From assembly GCF_006345805.1 (NCBI RefSeq), contig NC_043002.1, positions 8,866,001 to 8,930,000 on the forward strand: 64,000 nt of DNA. The letters are read 5' to 3'. The number at the start of each line of letters is the position of its first letter. Position 1 is the stretch's first letter. The stretch is from Octopus sinensis. Lineage: Eukaryota. A program made the position numbers and the translations under genes. Shown one piece after another: positions 49,704 to 60,900 of the stretch. Under the pieces are notes generated by a model. It made no database searches, was not told the DNA's origin, and saw only the letters and a list, made by a program, of their open reading frames with translations.

Positions 49704-50050
49704 GTTTGACTTTTGCTTTATATTTGTACAAGTTGGCTCCAAGTCTCACCCAGAGACCTCAAGAGACAACAGGTTGGAAGTTTATGTTGGTGTTATGCCT
49801 AATGTGCCATATATATGGTTTTGTACTTAGTGTTGTACAAGTGAATGTCTAAAAAAACCATACAAAAATTATGTTTGTTTTAAAACTTGAGATTACATAG
49901 AAAGTATTTTGCGTAGGATATGAGCAGTTCCCATGAGCACTATCTTTCGAATTTCTGCCATTTTTGGGTTTCCTGGTATCTGAGTTAGGTAGCAATCATC
50001 CCCTTTTGCTATCATTCCCAGGGCACCTATGACAATAGATATTGTTTTAG

Positions 50051-50051
<1 letters not shown>
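49701..50051 (-). mobile_element. 5'-truncated R4/Dong-like (RLE) LINE 3' end between two (TAA)n tracts
   Basis: TISIVIGALGMIAKG...IPGNPKMAEIRKIVLMGTAHILRKILSM* (stop 49893-49895); (ATT)n at 49661-49700 and 50052-50085. Confidence 0.8.
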
Positions 50052-50085
<34 letters not shown>

Positions 50086-50771
50086 CCCTATAACATCTCT
50101 CCTTTCAATTTTTTTTTCTAAAGGAGTGTAGTTTTATTTATTTTTATTAACAATAATTTTTACACCACCCCCACCTCCCTTTTTTGAGTTTATTTTCTCA
50201 TTCAGTTACAAATTTAATATTTTTTTCATTTGGCATCCACTTCCAGGAACTCCATATATTTTCTTTTTCTTTCCATAACTATATGGAAATAAGTACATAA
50301 ATACACATTCACACAAATCCAAGTAAATACATGTATACGTATACATCCATGTATGTATGTGTACAAGAATAAACATATATGCTTACTTACACATATACAT
50401 AGGCGCATACAAATGAATACATAAAAATATGTCTGGGTCCTGACGTATATATACAAACAACATTATTTTAAAAAATTGCTGAGTGTATAATAATAAAATT
50501 CGGATAAAAGACATGCAAAATAGAACACCCTATATCGAATTATCTATAAATTAAACAATTAAATTGTTTTTTATAAAATACAATAAAATGAAATAAAATA
50601 AAAGCAGAATCTTAAACAAGAAAATGATATTTGCATATAACAGTCGAAGGTTTTCCTTAAGAAATATGTCAAAATATGTACAATAACTTTGCGATGCGGA
50701 ATAAATCATGCATGATAAGAAACAAATCTAACAGTGGGAATAAAAACTAGTCCAAGAATCAAAAATATACA

Positions 50772-51020
50772 CTATCCATATGGTATATTGCTAGCCGACA
50801 TTTTAAATTTACCTGCGTGTCTGCAGGAATTCAAGAGTTCGCGTGCTTGATTTAAAGAGTTATTGTTCTGGAATAAAATGAAATATTTTTCCAGCAGGCA
50901 TAAATCACATTTGATGGGTCTTTTATGTACACCATGCCTGTAAGGTGCAGCTCTATCCAAAATACTCGATGTCATGTTGAAAAGTCGGGCTTCTTTTTCT
51001 TTTAATTCTTAGACATATTT
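50772..51020 (-). mobile_element. Penelope-like GIY-YIG C-terminus
   Basis: KCDLCLLEKYFIL...LNQARELLNSCRH. Confidence 0.8.
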
Positions 51021-51059
51021 TACCAGGCTGGTCTTCATCCTATTTGCGCCAAAGATCCC

Positions 51060-51300
51060 AGCAACACCATCGCGCCTAAGGACCAGTTACTGCAACAGCC
51101 TAGGTTTCAGGGGCCCACACCTTTTTAATATTCTCCCAAAGAGCCCGAGAAACCTGCACAAAGTAGATATAAACGTTTTTAAATCAAAGCTTGACCTCTT
51201 CCTGTCAAGAGTCTCAGATGAAGCTACCTCACGGCAAGAAATGCAAATGAGTGTAGCTACATTAACCATGATTCTTCACCAAGTGCCACATATTGGAGGA
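51060..51300 (+). mobile_element. CR1/L2-type LINE 3' fragment, inverted relative to 51460-52620
   Basis: SLGFRGPHLFNILPKSPRNLH...FKSKLDLFLS. Confidence 0.75.
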
Positions 51301-51459
51301 GGCTCTCAGTAATAACAGTGTAGCAAAACAGCGATGCATCAGCATGGCCGCAGCTCTGAGCTGAAACTACAGAAAAAAAAAATATTTATATATATTTTAT
51401 TTATTTATTTTTTTATCTAGTTTCAGCTCACAAGCTGTCGCCATGCTGGGGCACCGCCA

Positions 51460-52620
51460 TTTGGTGTTGCTACATGATTTTACTTCACGAATGCTTTTTA
51501 GCAATTGCCATTTGGTGCATGAGAGAGTTCGATGCAGCTGCCCTCATCTGCACCTCCTGCCATGAAGTTGGTTCATCTGGGACACCTGACAAGAAGAGAT
51601 CCAGTTTCATTTTAAAGACATCTGCATCCACCCCATGCAGGTCTCTCAGGTTCTTCGGGAGGATATTGAAGAGCTGTGGGCCTCGGAAGCCCAGGCTATC
51701 ACAGTATCTTGTCCTACATCTTGATGGCAAATTTGGAGTCGTTGGCACTATGCAGTGGCGCCCAGTTCTGGCATTTGTGTAACTCTCGATGCCAAAGTTT
51801 GGGACAAGTCCTTCTAGGATCTTCTAGATGTATATTATGGCATATCTTTCTCGCCTACGCTTTAAGGAATAGAGTCTTTCCCAATAGCTTATATGCTGCA
51901 CAGAGGCTATCGTCTTCGTGTAGCTTCATTGGATCGCCTCAAGTTCTGTGATTAACTTGACACTGGATGGTGACCATAGCTGAGAGCAATAGTCAAAGCG
52001 GCTTAGGACAAGTGTCCTCCAGAGGACCATCATGGTTTCCTGGTCTCTTGTTCTAAAGGTTCTAAGAATCCATCCAGTCAGCCGCCTACATTTCATTGCC
52101 AATTTAGCAACATGCACATGAAAGATTGCATCATCACTCATGTAAATACCCAGGTCTCGCACTGATTGTGCCTCTGGGATTGCAATCCCTCCAGGTCCAG
52201 TGTATTTATTGGGTATTGCATGCTGATAGCATAAAGCTTGAAACTTTTCAGCATTGAACTGCATGCTATTCTTTTCAGCCCACTTGTATATTTTGTCCAG
52301 CTCACATTGCAGGTGCTTAGTGTCTTCAGGGTTCTGTATTGCCTGTGAAACTTTTGTATCATCTGCATAACTTGTGATCGTGGCTCTCTACGTGGCTGAA
52401 GGCATGTCTTAGAGGGCCATTATGAACAGAAGTGGTCCCAAAACAGTGCCTTGTGGAACATTGCTCACTATTTGCGTGTTAATGGAAGTGGCCCCATTGG
52501 CTACTACCACCTGACTGCTATCCTTCAGAAAGTCATGAAGCCATTCTCCCAATTTTCCAACTATGCCAAGATCATGCAGTTTGTGACATATCATTCCATG
52601 ATCGACTTTATCAAAGGCCT
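51460..52620 (-). mobile_element. 5'-truncated CR1/L2-type LINE (RT and C-terminus)
   Basis: NVPQGTVLGPLLF; FNAEKF; VRDLGI; WILRTF; DYCSQLWSP; RGPQLFNILP. Confidence 0.88.
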
Positions 52621-52650
52621 ATATATATATAGAGAGAGAGAAAAAATAGA

Positions 52651-53448
52651 AAAAAAAAAGTAATAGAAGCAAAGGACAAGAGTAATAAAAGCAAAAATAA
52701 TAAAAGTAAAAATAAGGATAATAAAGTTAGATACACATATAAATAAGATTTAGCAAAACTGGAATAAATTAACAAAAGAAATAAGAACACAAAGTAGAAT
52801 AAGGGATAAAGAGATAAGATACTAAAGAGTGCTGAGAATAAGATTTTGGCTTTGACTGGATGGTAGTGGTTGTAAATAATACCTTATTTTGAAATATAGA
52901 TTAAGGTTGTAATTTGATATCGTTGTGCTTAATCTATATTTCAACAAGGCAGCAAGCTGGCAGAAACGTTAGCACGCCGGGCGAAATGCTTTGTGTTATT
53001 TCGTCCGCTGCTGCGTTCTGAGTTCAAATTCCGCCGAGGTCGACTTTGCCTTTCATCCTTTCGGGGTCGATAAATTAAGTACCAGTTACGCACTGGGGTC
53101 GATGTAATCGACTTAATCTGTTTGTCCTTGTTTGTCCCCTCTATGTTCAGCCCCTTGTGGGCAATAAAAAAATTAAAAAAAAAAAAAAAAAAAAATTTTA
53201 ATCTATATTTCAACAAGTGGTCAAAATAAGGTTTTATTTATGACCACTACCATCTCATCAAAGTCAAAATCTTATTCTCAGCACTCTTTAGTATCTTATC
53301 TCTTTATCTCTTACTCTACTTTATGTTCTTATTTCTTTTGTTAATTTATTCCAATTTTACTAAATCTTATTTATATGTGTATCTAACTTTATTATCCTTA
53401 TTTTTACTTTTATTATTTTTGTCCTTTGCTTCTATTACTTTTATTTTT
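52651..53448. repeat. AT-rich fold-back (~250-bp arms) with a SINE in its loop region
   Basis: 52651-52892 mirrors 53221-53448; 52890-52905 also mirrors 52928-52943. Confidence 0.88.
52949..53197 (+). mobile_element. SINE family 2 with poly(A) tail and 20-bp TSD
   Basis: ttaatctatatttcaacaag at 52929-52948 and 53198-53217. Confidence 0.92.
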
Positions 53449-53800
53449 TATTTTATGTTTTAACTTTTATCTTTTCTTTCTATTTTTTTCTTTCTATCTT
53501 ATACAAGCGAATTAAATATAAACTCAATCCAATCTATTTAACATTCACTCTATGCTGAATGGTGGTATAATCATCATCATCGTTTAATGTCCGTTTTCCA
53601 CGCTAGCATGGGTTGGACGGTTCGAGCAGGGTCTGGGAAGCCAGGGGCTGCACCAGGCTCATTTTTGAAATCCAATGAATCATTATACGTTTATACAATT
53701 ATACAAATATACTTTTTCAAGGAAATATGATAAACCTATTATAATGGGTAATACTACGTGTACCTTTTATATTGTGATGCAATCTTTGGACTAACAATGT

Positions 53801-53895
53801 TTGCGGCTGAAGAGAGCTTTAAACCATCTTTTATATCAATAATACACTGATGTAATAACGGATTATTTATAAAGCTTGAAACACGTGTACCTCGA
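53801..53895 (+). ncRNA. Minimal type I hammerhead ribozyme (candidate)
   Basis: CUGAAGA (53807-13), 8-bp stem II GAGCUUUA/UAAAGCUU with ~48-nt loop, GAAAC-ACGU-GUA cleavage triplet (53878-89), imperfect 6-bp stem I. Confidence 0.7.
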
Positions 53896-54174
53896 TATCC
53901 TTTGTGTTCTGCTTTTTAATTTATATTTGTGCAGGTGGCACGTAAAAAGCACCCACTACACTCAAGGAGTGGTTGGCGTTAGGAAGGGCACCCAGCCGTA
54001 GAAACACTGCCAAATCTGACAGACCCCAGTTATACCGTCCAACCCATGCTAGCATGGAAAATAGACGCTAAATGATGATGATGATTTGATATATTCTCTC
54101 ACTTCTGCCACTATGTGGCATATACTTATCTAGTATTCACTCTAAATTTACAGTACCTACTATATATATATATA

Positions 54175-54595
54175 CTAGCATTAAAGACCCGTCGTTGCCG
54201 GGTCATAGTGCTAGTGCATGTATATATGTGTATATATATGTGTACATATTACATGTACATCTACACATAAAATACAAAATACAAAGTTATATCTTGATAT
54301 CGCTAGTGATAACAATACTCAAAATATATAACAGACTGGAACTGTTAGCCCGTCTTTTGTAATTTCGATCAATTGTATCTTGTTCTCCCTCTTGTATAGA
54401 AGTGTGGCTACAATCCAGCCTACCTCTGCTTCGGGGGGGGGGGGCATTAAAAATTTTTTTTTGCTGATGACACTCCTCGGACCCTAAATAAGGCATGTGT
54501 AAAATTTGAATGAAATTGGTTGTGTAGTTCTCAAGTTTTAGGGAAACACACAGACAGACAAACAGACACACATTCTCAGTTTTATATATATAAAG

Positions 54596-54596
<1 letters not shown>
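54175..54596 (-). mobile_element. Non-autonomous Helitron
   Basis: Minus 5' A|TCTTTATATA with GTCT repeats; 3' hairpin gacccg-gcaacga-cgggtc then CTAG|T. Confidence 0.85.
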
Positions 54597-54628
<32 letters not shown>

Positions 54629-54632
54629 TATA

Positions 54633-55630
54633 TGAAGCTAGTATGCTCCGATGGATGTGTAACGTCAGTGTTCATAATCGACAGAGTGTAAGTACCTTGA
54701 GAGAAAAGTTGAACCTAAGAAGCATCAGTTGTTGTGTGCAAGAGAGACGTTTGCGCTGGTATGGTCATGTGATGAGAATGGCTGAAGATAGTTGTGTGCG
54801 AAAGTGCCACACCCTGGCAGTTGAGGGGACCTGTGGAAGAAGTAGACCCAGGAAAACCTGGGTCGAGGTGGTGAAGCACGACCTTCGAACTTTAGGTCTC
54901 ACCAAGGAAATGACCAGAGACCGAGACCTTTGGAAGTATGCTGTGCGTGAGAAAACCCGGCAAGACCAGTGAGAACAGTCAAAATCAAAATCAAACCAAA
55001 TCAATTCATATATCAGAAAGCAGAACCAAATTGAGGTCGATCAACATCAGTGGGAATTGCAGCTGTGGTTAAGCGAACCATCCGATCGTGGTCGTTGCCG
55101 GCGCCGCCCCGTCTAGCCTCCGTGTCGGTGGCACGTAAAAGCACCATCCGTTCGTGTCCGTTGCCAGCCTCGCCTGGCCCCCGTGCCGGTGACACGTAAA
55201 AGCACCATCCGTTCGTGGCCGTTTGCCAGCTCTGTCTGGCCCCCGTGTCGGTGGCACGTAAAAGCACCATCCGTTCGTGGCCGTTTGCCAGCTCCGTCTA
55301 GCCTCCGTGTCGGTGGCACGTAAAAGCACCATCCGTTCGTGTCCGTTGCCAGCCTCGCCTGGCCCCCGTGCCGGTGACACGTAAAAGCACCATCCGTTCG
55401 TGGCCGTTTGCTAGCTCTGTTTGGCACCTGTGCAGGTGGCACGTAAAAAGCACCCACTACACTCACGGAGTGGTTGGCGTTAGGAAGGGCATCCAGCCGT
55501 AGAAACACTGCCAGATCTGACTGGGCCTGATGAAGCCTTCCAGCTTCACAGACCCCAGTTGAACTGTCCAACCCATGCTAGCATGGAAGACGGATGCTAA
55601 ATGATGATGATGATGATGATGATGATGATA
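54633..55630 (+). mobile_element. 5'-truncated RTE LINE with six-unit 3'UTR array
   Basis: EASMLRWMC...RRLRWYGHV...GRSRPRKTW...DRDLWK; tandem units 55076-55453; (GAT)n tail. Confidence 0.92.
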
Positions 55631-55774
55631 TATATATACACACACGCATTCTTTTCTTTTATTCCTTTATTCTTTTCAGCCTTGCGGCTGCAGTCATACT
55701 CTACCACCACTGTACTTTTGCACTCTTACCTGTGATTATCCTTCAGCTGATATCCTCAGTGTGCAGGTGTTTCA

Positions 55775-56850
55775 CACCACCACTCCTGTATTTGCCTTTC
55801 TTTCCAGCTATTCGCCCATTTGGTGTATGAGAGAGTTCGGCTCCGCTGTCTTCGTCTGTACCTCATGCCGAGCCAGAGGCTCATCCAATATTGAGAGGAA
55901 AGTGTCTAGTTCCTTTTGAAGACATCTACATACATATGGCGCAGGAGTGGCTGTGTGGTAAGTAGCTTGTTTACCAACCACATGGTTCCGGGTTCAGTCC
56001 CACTGTGTGGCACCTTGGGCAAGTGTCTTCTCCTATAGCCTCGGGCCAACCAAAGCCTTGTGAGTGGATTTGGTAGACGGAAACTGAAAGAAGCCCATCG
56101 TATATATATATGTGTGTTTGTGTCTGTGTTTGTCCCCCTAGCATTGCTTGACAACCAATGCTGGTGTGTTTATGTCCCCGTTACTTAGCAGTTCGGCAAA
56201 AGAGACCGATAGAATAAATACTGGGCTTACAAAAGAAGTCCCGGGGTCGAGTTGCTCGATTAAAGGTGGTGCTCCAGCATGGCCACAGTCAAATGACTGA
56301 AACAAGTAAAAGAGTATACATATTATGTAGGTTTCTTAATTTTTGTGGTAGGGCATTGAAGAGCTGTGGGCCCTTGAACCCTAGGCTATTGCAGTACCTG
56401 TTCTTGAATCTAGATGGAGTGGATGATACCTTTCGTACAATACAAGGGAATCCTGTTCTGGCATTTGTATAACATTCAATGCCGAAATTAGGTACCAGCC
56501 CCTCTAGAGTTTTCCATATATAGATTATTACATATCTGTTGTGCCTTCTCTCCGGGGACCAAAGTCGTACTTTTTTCAGTCTCTCTCTCTGTAGCTCATC
56601 TGCTACACCGTTTCACTATTTTTAGTGTAGTGATGCTGGGCTGCTTCAAGCTCCACGGTTAGTTTGGTATTATGTGGTGACAAGAGTTGAGAGCGGTAGT
56701 CCAGGTGGCTGAGAACAAAGGTCCTCCACACAGTCAATATAACTTCTTGATTTCTTGTCTTGAAGGACTTTAGTATCCATCCTGCCAGTTGTCTGCACTC
56801 TGCTGCCATCTTGGTAATGAGCATATGAAATGAGGCATCATTTCACATAC
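55775..56850 (-). mobile_element. CR1/L2-type LINE fragment split by a SINE
   Basis: WILKSFKTR...LDYRSQL (56603-56824); SLGFKGPQLFNALP (~56340-56400); continues at 55775-55925. Confidence 0.75.
55938..56313 (+). mobile_element. SINE family 1
   Basis: Same as 13475 type. Confidence 0.88.
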
Positions 56851-56929
56851 TGATCCCCTGTCTTTCACTGCCTATGACTCTGGGATTGCAGTGCCTTTGG
56901 GTCCTGTATACGCAGGCTGTAGTGCACCA

Positions 56930-57150
56930 ACCGATCGTAGCCGTTGCCAGCCTCGCCTGGCACCTGTGCCGGTGGCACGTAAAAAGCACCCACTACACTC
57001 ACAGAGTGGTTGGCGTTAGGAAGGGCATCCAGCTGTAGAAACACTGCCAGATCAGACTGGGCCTGTGCAGCCTTCTGGCTTTCCAGAACCCGGTCGAACC
57101 GTCCAACCCATGCTAGCATGGAAAATGGACGTTAAACAATGATGATGATG
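56930..57150 (+). mobile_element. RTE 3'-end fragment
   Basis: Terminal module and (GAT)n. Confidence 0.85.
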
Positions 57151-57464
57151 ATATAAGGTTACAGCTTATGGCGATCACCATGCAATGACTAAGGAAAATA
57201 GTCTAATAAAGGGGCATATAAGCCCTCAACAGAAAAGAGAAGGCTTTCGAAAGCATATATATGTATTTATATATTTATTTGTGTTTGTTTTACTGTTTCC
57301 TTGACTTGACATCATGTAATAGATGTAATTGCATGTCACCATGTCCTTTGTTCCGAGTCTTCTGTGAAATATCACCATAATCGGAAGACAGATGAGGACT
57401 GACAACAGGTACCCAGCAGTACAAATTCTGTCCGTTCATGTGAGCATCAAAAAAGTGGATGTTT

Positions 57465-57498
<34 letters not shown>

Positions 57499-57499
<1 letters not shown>

Positions 57500-57601
57500 T
57501 AGAAAAAAACCACCTTTTATCAATTCAAAATGAACAATTAAATTACACCATCTAGAAAATTACATATAATTTTGAATTGATAAAAGGTGGTTTTTTTCTA
57601 A
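57499..57601. mobile_element. Small hairpin/MITE with 33-bp inverted ends
   Basis: ttagaaaaaaaccaccttttatcaattcaaaat and its reverse complement; follows a (TA)n tract. Confidence 0.75.
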
Positions 57602-57611
57602 TTTTTATATA

Positions 57612-58021
57612 CTCTTTACTCTTTTACTTGTTTCAGTCATTTGACTGCAGCCATGCTGGAGCACCACCTTTAGTCGAGCAAATCAACCCCGGGACTTATT
57701 CTTTGTAAGCCCAGTACTTATTCTATCGGTCTCTTTTGCCGAACCGCTAAGTGACGGGGACGTAAACACACCAGCATCGGTTGTCAAGCAATGCTAGGGG
57801 GACAAACACAGACATACAAACATATACACACACACTTGTATATATATATACATATATACGACAGGCTTCTTTCAGTTTCCGTCTACCAAATCCACTCACA
57901 AGGCATTGGTCGGCCCGGGGCTATAGCAGAAGACACTTGCCCAAGATGCCACGCAGTGGGACTGAACCCGGAACCATGTGGTTGGTTAGCAAGCTACCTA
58001 CCACACAGCCACTCCTGCGCC
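57612..58021 (-). mobile_element. SINE family 1
   Basis: Reverse complement of 55938 type. Confidence 0.88.
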
Positions 58022-58104
58022 TATATATATTATATTTTGTGAAATTTGATTTAATGTTTCTAAATTGAATTTTACCCTGTAAGTTAGGAATAATATTCCC
58101 TCAA

Positions 58105-58584
58105 ATAATAAAAAGCACCATCCGTTCGTGGCCGTTGCCAGCCTCGCCTGGCCCCCGTGCTGGTGGCACGTAAAAAGCACCATCCGTTCGTGGCTGTTGC
58201 CAGCCTCATTTGGCCTCCATGCCGGTAGCACGTAAAAAGCACCATCCATTCGTGGCTGTTGCCAGCCTCATTTGGCCTCCATGCCGGTAGCACGTAAAAA
58301 GCACCATCCGTTCGTGGCTGTTGCCAGCCTCGCCTGGCCCCCGTGCCGGTGGCACGTAAAAAGCACCATCCGATCGTGGCCGTTTGCCAGCCTCGTCTGG
58401 CACCTGTGCCAGTGGCACGTAAAAAGCACCCACTACACTCATGGAGTGGTTGGCGTTAGGAAGGGCATCCAGCTGTAGAAACATTGCCAGATCAGACTGG
58501 AGCCTGGTGCAGCCTTCTGGCTTCCCAGACCCCAGTTGAACCGTCCAACCCATGCTAGCATGGAAAGCGGACGTTAAACGATGA

Positions 58585-58590
<6 letters not shown>
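58105..58590 (+). mobile_element. RTE 3' end with five-unit tandem array
   Basis: ~62-bp units then terminal module and (GAT)n/(TA)n. Confidence 0.88.
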
Positions 58591-58618
<28 letters not shown>

Positions 58619-60533
58619 CGTGGACGACAATATTTTCAGTAGAGATGTTACAACTATATCTGATTGTTCACATGTTTCAATACTGTGTGTGTACATATAC
58701 TTATTCTATTGCTGACTTTTATCAAATGGTTTCTCCACATTGCTTTGATGTACCATTCTCTATCCTTAATAAAATTGTCGGTATTTCTGATGACACGGGT
58801 ATACTAGTGTATACTCATATTACGCTTGTTACTAATAATAGCAATATACCTGAGGAAAAATACCTGTCAACTTATTGCACGGACAACGTAAATTGAATTT
58901 AAAGTTAATCGAACTTCTTCGCCTCATCACATCTGTAAGATGCTCCAGTTTTTGTAGCCAGTATATAAAACCTTTATCTAAGGTAGTTTTCCTCAAACAT
59001 TTCTCAAATTTGAAATTACCAACTGCCTCCAAAAGGCCACTTAAAATTTGGTTTAATCACGTTTTAAAATTATTTCCGAGATAATTTCCGTCAGCACATA
59101 TGCATTCTTACATGTTCTTATACATTCATAGTTCATTCCTGTTACAGGAGTGCTAAGTTCCCTGGTAGGCTCATAAGAACCGTGAGTGTGGGAAAACTTG
59201 TTTAAGGTGCATGGGTTCCGTCTAGAGCAACGGTATTCAATAACTAATCACCTAACCGTGAATAGGTGTTATTGAAATAACGCATACCGATGTAAGCATC
59301 AGAAGCACTAGTTATTGATTGCTGATTACGTATCGTGGAAAATTTATGTACAGGTTTAGCAGCTGTAGTCAATCTATCCATACATACTTTATCATCTCGT
59401 AAGAATGTATGATGAAGTTGTCTCTTCCATGTGGGATTCGAACTTAAAGCATATAGGAAATGAAGACTAAATAGTCTGAGGCATTTCGTTCAGCAGTTCA
59501 CACACAGATCTTCCACCTCGTCACTCTACACCGAAGCATTATATAATTGACGAGTATTTTGACATGACATTCAAGAAAGGAGTGTTATGTCAACAGCTTC
59601 ATGCGTTGACAACTAAGACTAGATCCAAAACCTGATGAACGACAACGAATAAAAGGGAAGAGTTGAAGTGGATATTCAACCTGTAGAAAACCCATTAAAT
59701 ATCTTTGCAAAATTAATGCCGTTGGTTCGAAGAAAATATATTCTCATTTAGCAATACATCATAAACTAGACGCCTGGTTTTCAAATACACTGGTCTGTTA
59801 AACGGTGAAAGGAAAATTATCTTTGATCTTTTAGTGATGTATTTTGTAAACTGAGGAAAAAGAATAGTTCTTGGTTCGGTCTGTGAATTTATATTGGTTA
59901 GTCTCAACAAATTAGGTAAACAGAAATGTCAACTTCGGTATACCTTTAAAATGACTATCAACAGCCGTGTAAGGGCATAAATTAATAGCTTTATAGTTAT
60001 GTTCTACTCGCAAAAATGTTTTGGTATGATACTTTCGGTTCAGGCCGTAGATCTGATGAAATACATTTAAAACAACCATAGTATAATAAATATATAACTG
60101 GCGACTTTATGTTGTTTTTCATACCGGCGTGAACAGAAATGACATTTAGAAGGGAACGAGAGGTCGTGACATTCATGTATCTCCAAATGCTCCCAGCAAC
60201 CTGATCGTTGGGAGCTTCCCGAATTCCATAACATCTTTCACACCTTTTTAAACATACAGGTGTTAATTAAACTCATATTTAATTATAATTTTTATACGGT
60301 GACTCGATAGTATTCATTCGCGACGGCTCTCTCTCTCTCTCTCTCCCTCCCTCTCTCTTTCTTAATGATTACTGCTAACGAGAACCTTTAATTAAGTCGG
60401 TTACAGTATATTTAACATTTCTAAATATAACTAATTAAACACATTTTTCTAATTGAAAAAATAAATAAATAAAACAACTCATGTTATTTTGTTGCTTTTG
60501 CGTTATTCCTGCTAAACAGCATGTTGCACTTAC

Positions 60534-60608
60534 CTGGGTAATTGAATCTCCGAATAGAAAAGCCTTAGGCCAACGGAACGGAGCGGAACAATCTGAATCT
60601 CCCGCCAT
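60534..60608 (-). CDS. IAH1: IAH1 coding exon 1 (isoamyl acetate-hydrolysing esterase 1 homolog, SGNH/GDSL)
   Basis: MAGDSDCSAPFRWPKAFLFGDSITQ then GTAAGT; GDS nucleophile motif; six exons join to a 244-aa protein collinear with vertebrate IAH1. Confidence 0.95.
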
Positions 60609-60609
60609 A

Positions 60610-60900
60610 TCAAATATTGTTGCTGTTTCGAGCTGCTTTGCTACACGTTTGATGGACGATCGCAGAGAGAAAGTGGCGGTAGCTCTTGTGTACGTAGTTA
60701 CTACACGAAACAGTGGCGGATACTGATACATCTGCGACGACGAAACATGGAAAAGCTAAAAGAGGCGGGGTTAAGGCCAGTCGTCGATAAACACGATTAG
60801 GAGCGAGGACTACCTGTGCAAGAAGTTCGTGATGAGAGAAAGACGAAGTGAAATGAAAGCGTGACGTAAATAACACGAAGCGAGAAGGTAACGTAAGAGG
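60610..60900 (-). promoter_or_regulatory. Putative IAH1 5'UTR/promoter
   Basis: CpG-enriched, repeat-free segment directly upstream of the ATG; GC-box-like gaggcgggg (~60763) and CRE-like tgacgtaa (~60862). Function inferred. Confidence 0.5.

Noticed and set aside
55013-55571. Regular repeat-and-variable-segment arrays resembling CRISPR (also 37640-38110, 58105-58430)
   Set aside because: The variable parts are homologous to each other, the array is the 3'UTR of an RTE LINE, the context is eukaryotic and no cas genes are present.
57200-57250. ctaataa-aggggc-atataa-gccct hairpin resembling a decayed hammerhead
   Set aside because: Both core motifs (CUGANGA and GAAA) are broken; not distinguishable from chance.
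60435-60731. 98-aa ORF as the IAH1 N-terminus starting at the upstream ATG
   Set aside because: Homology starts near the MAGD methionine, and the part after DSITQ is intron; the longer start is unsupported.
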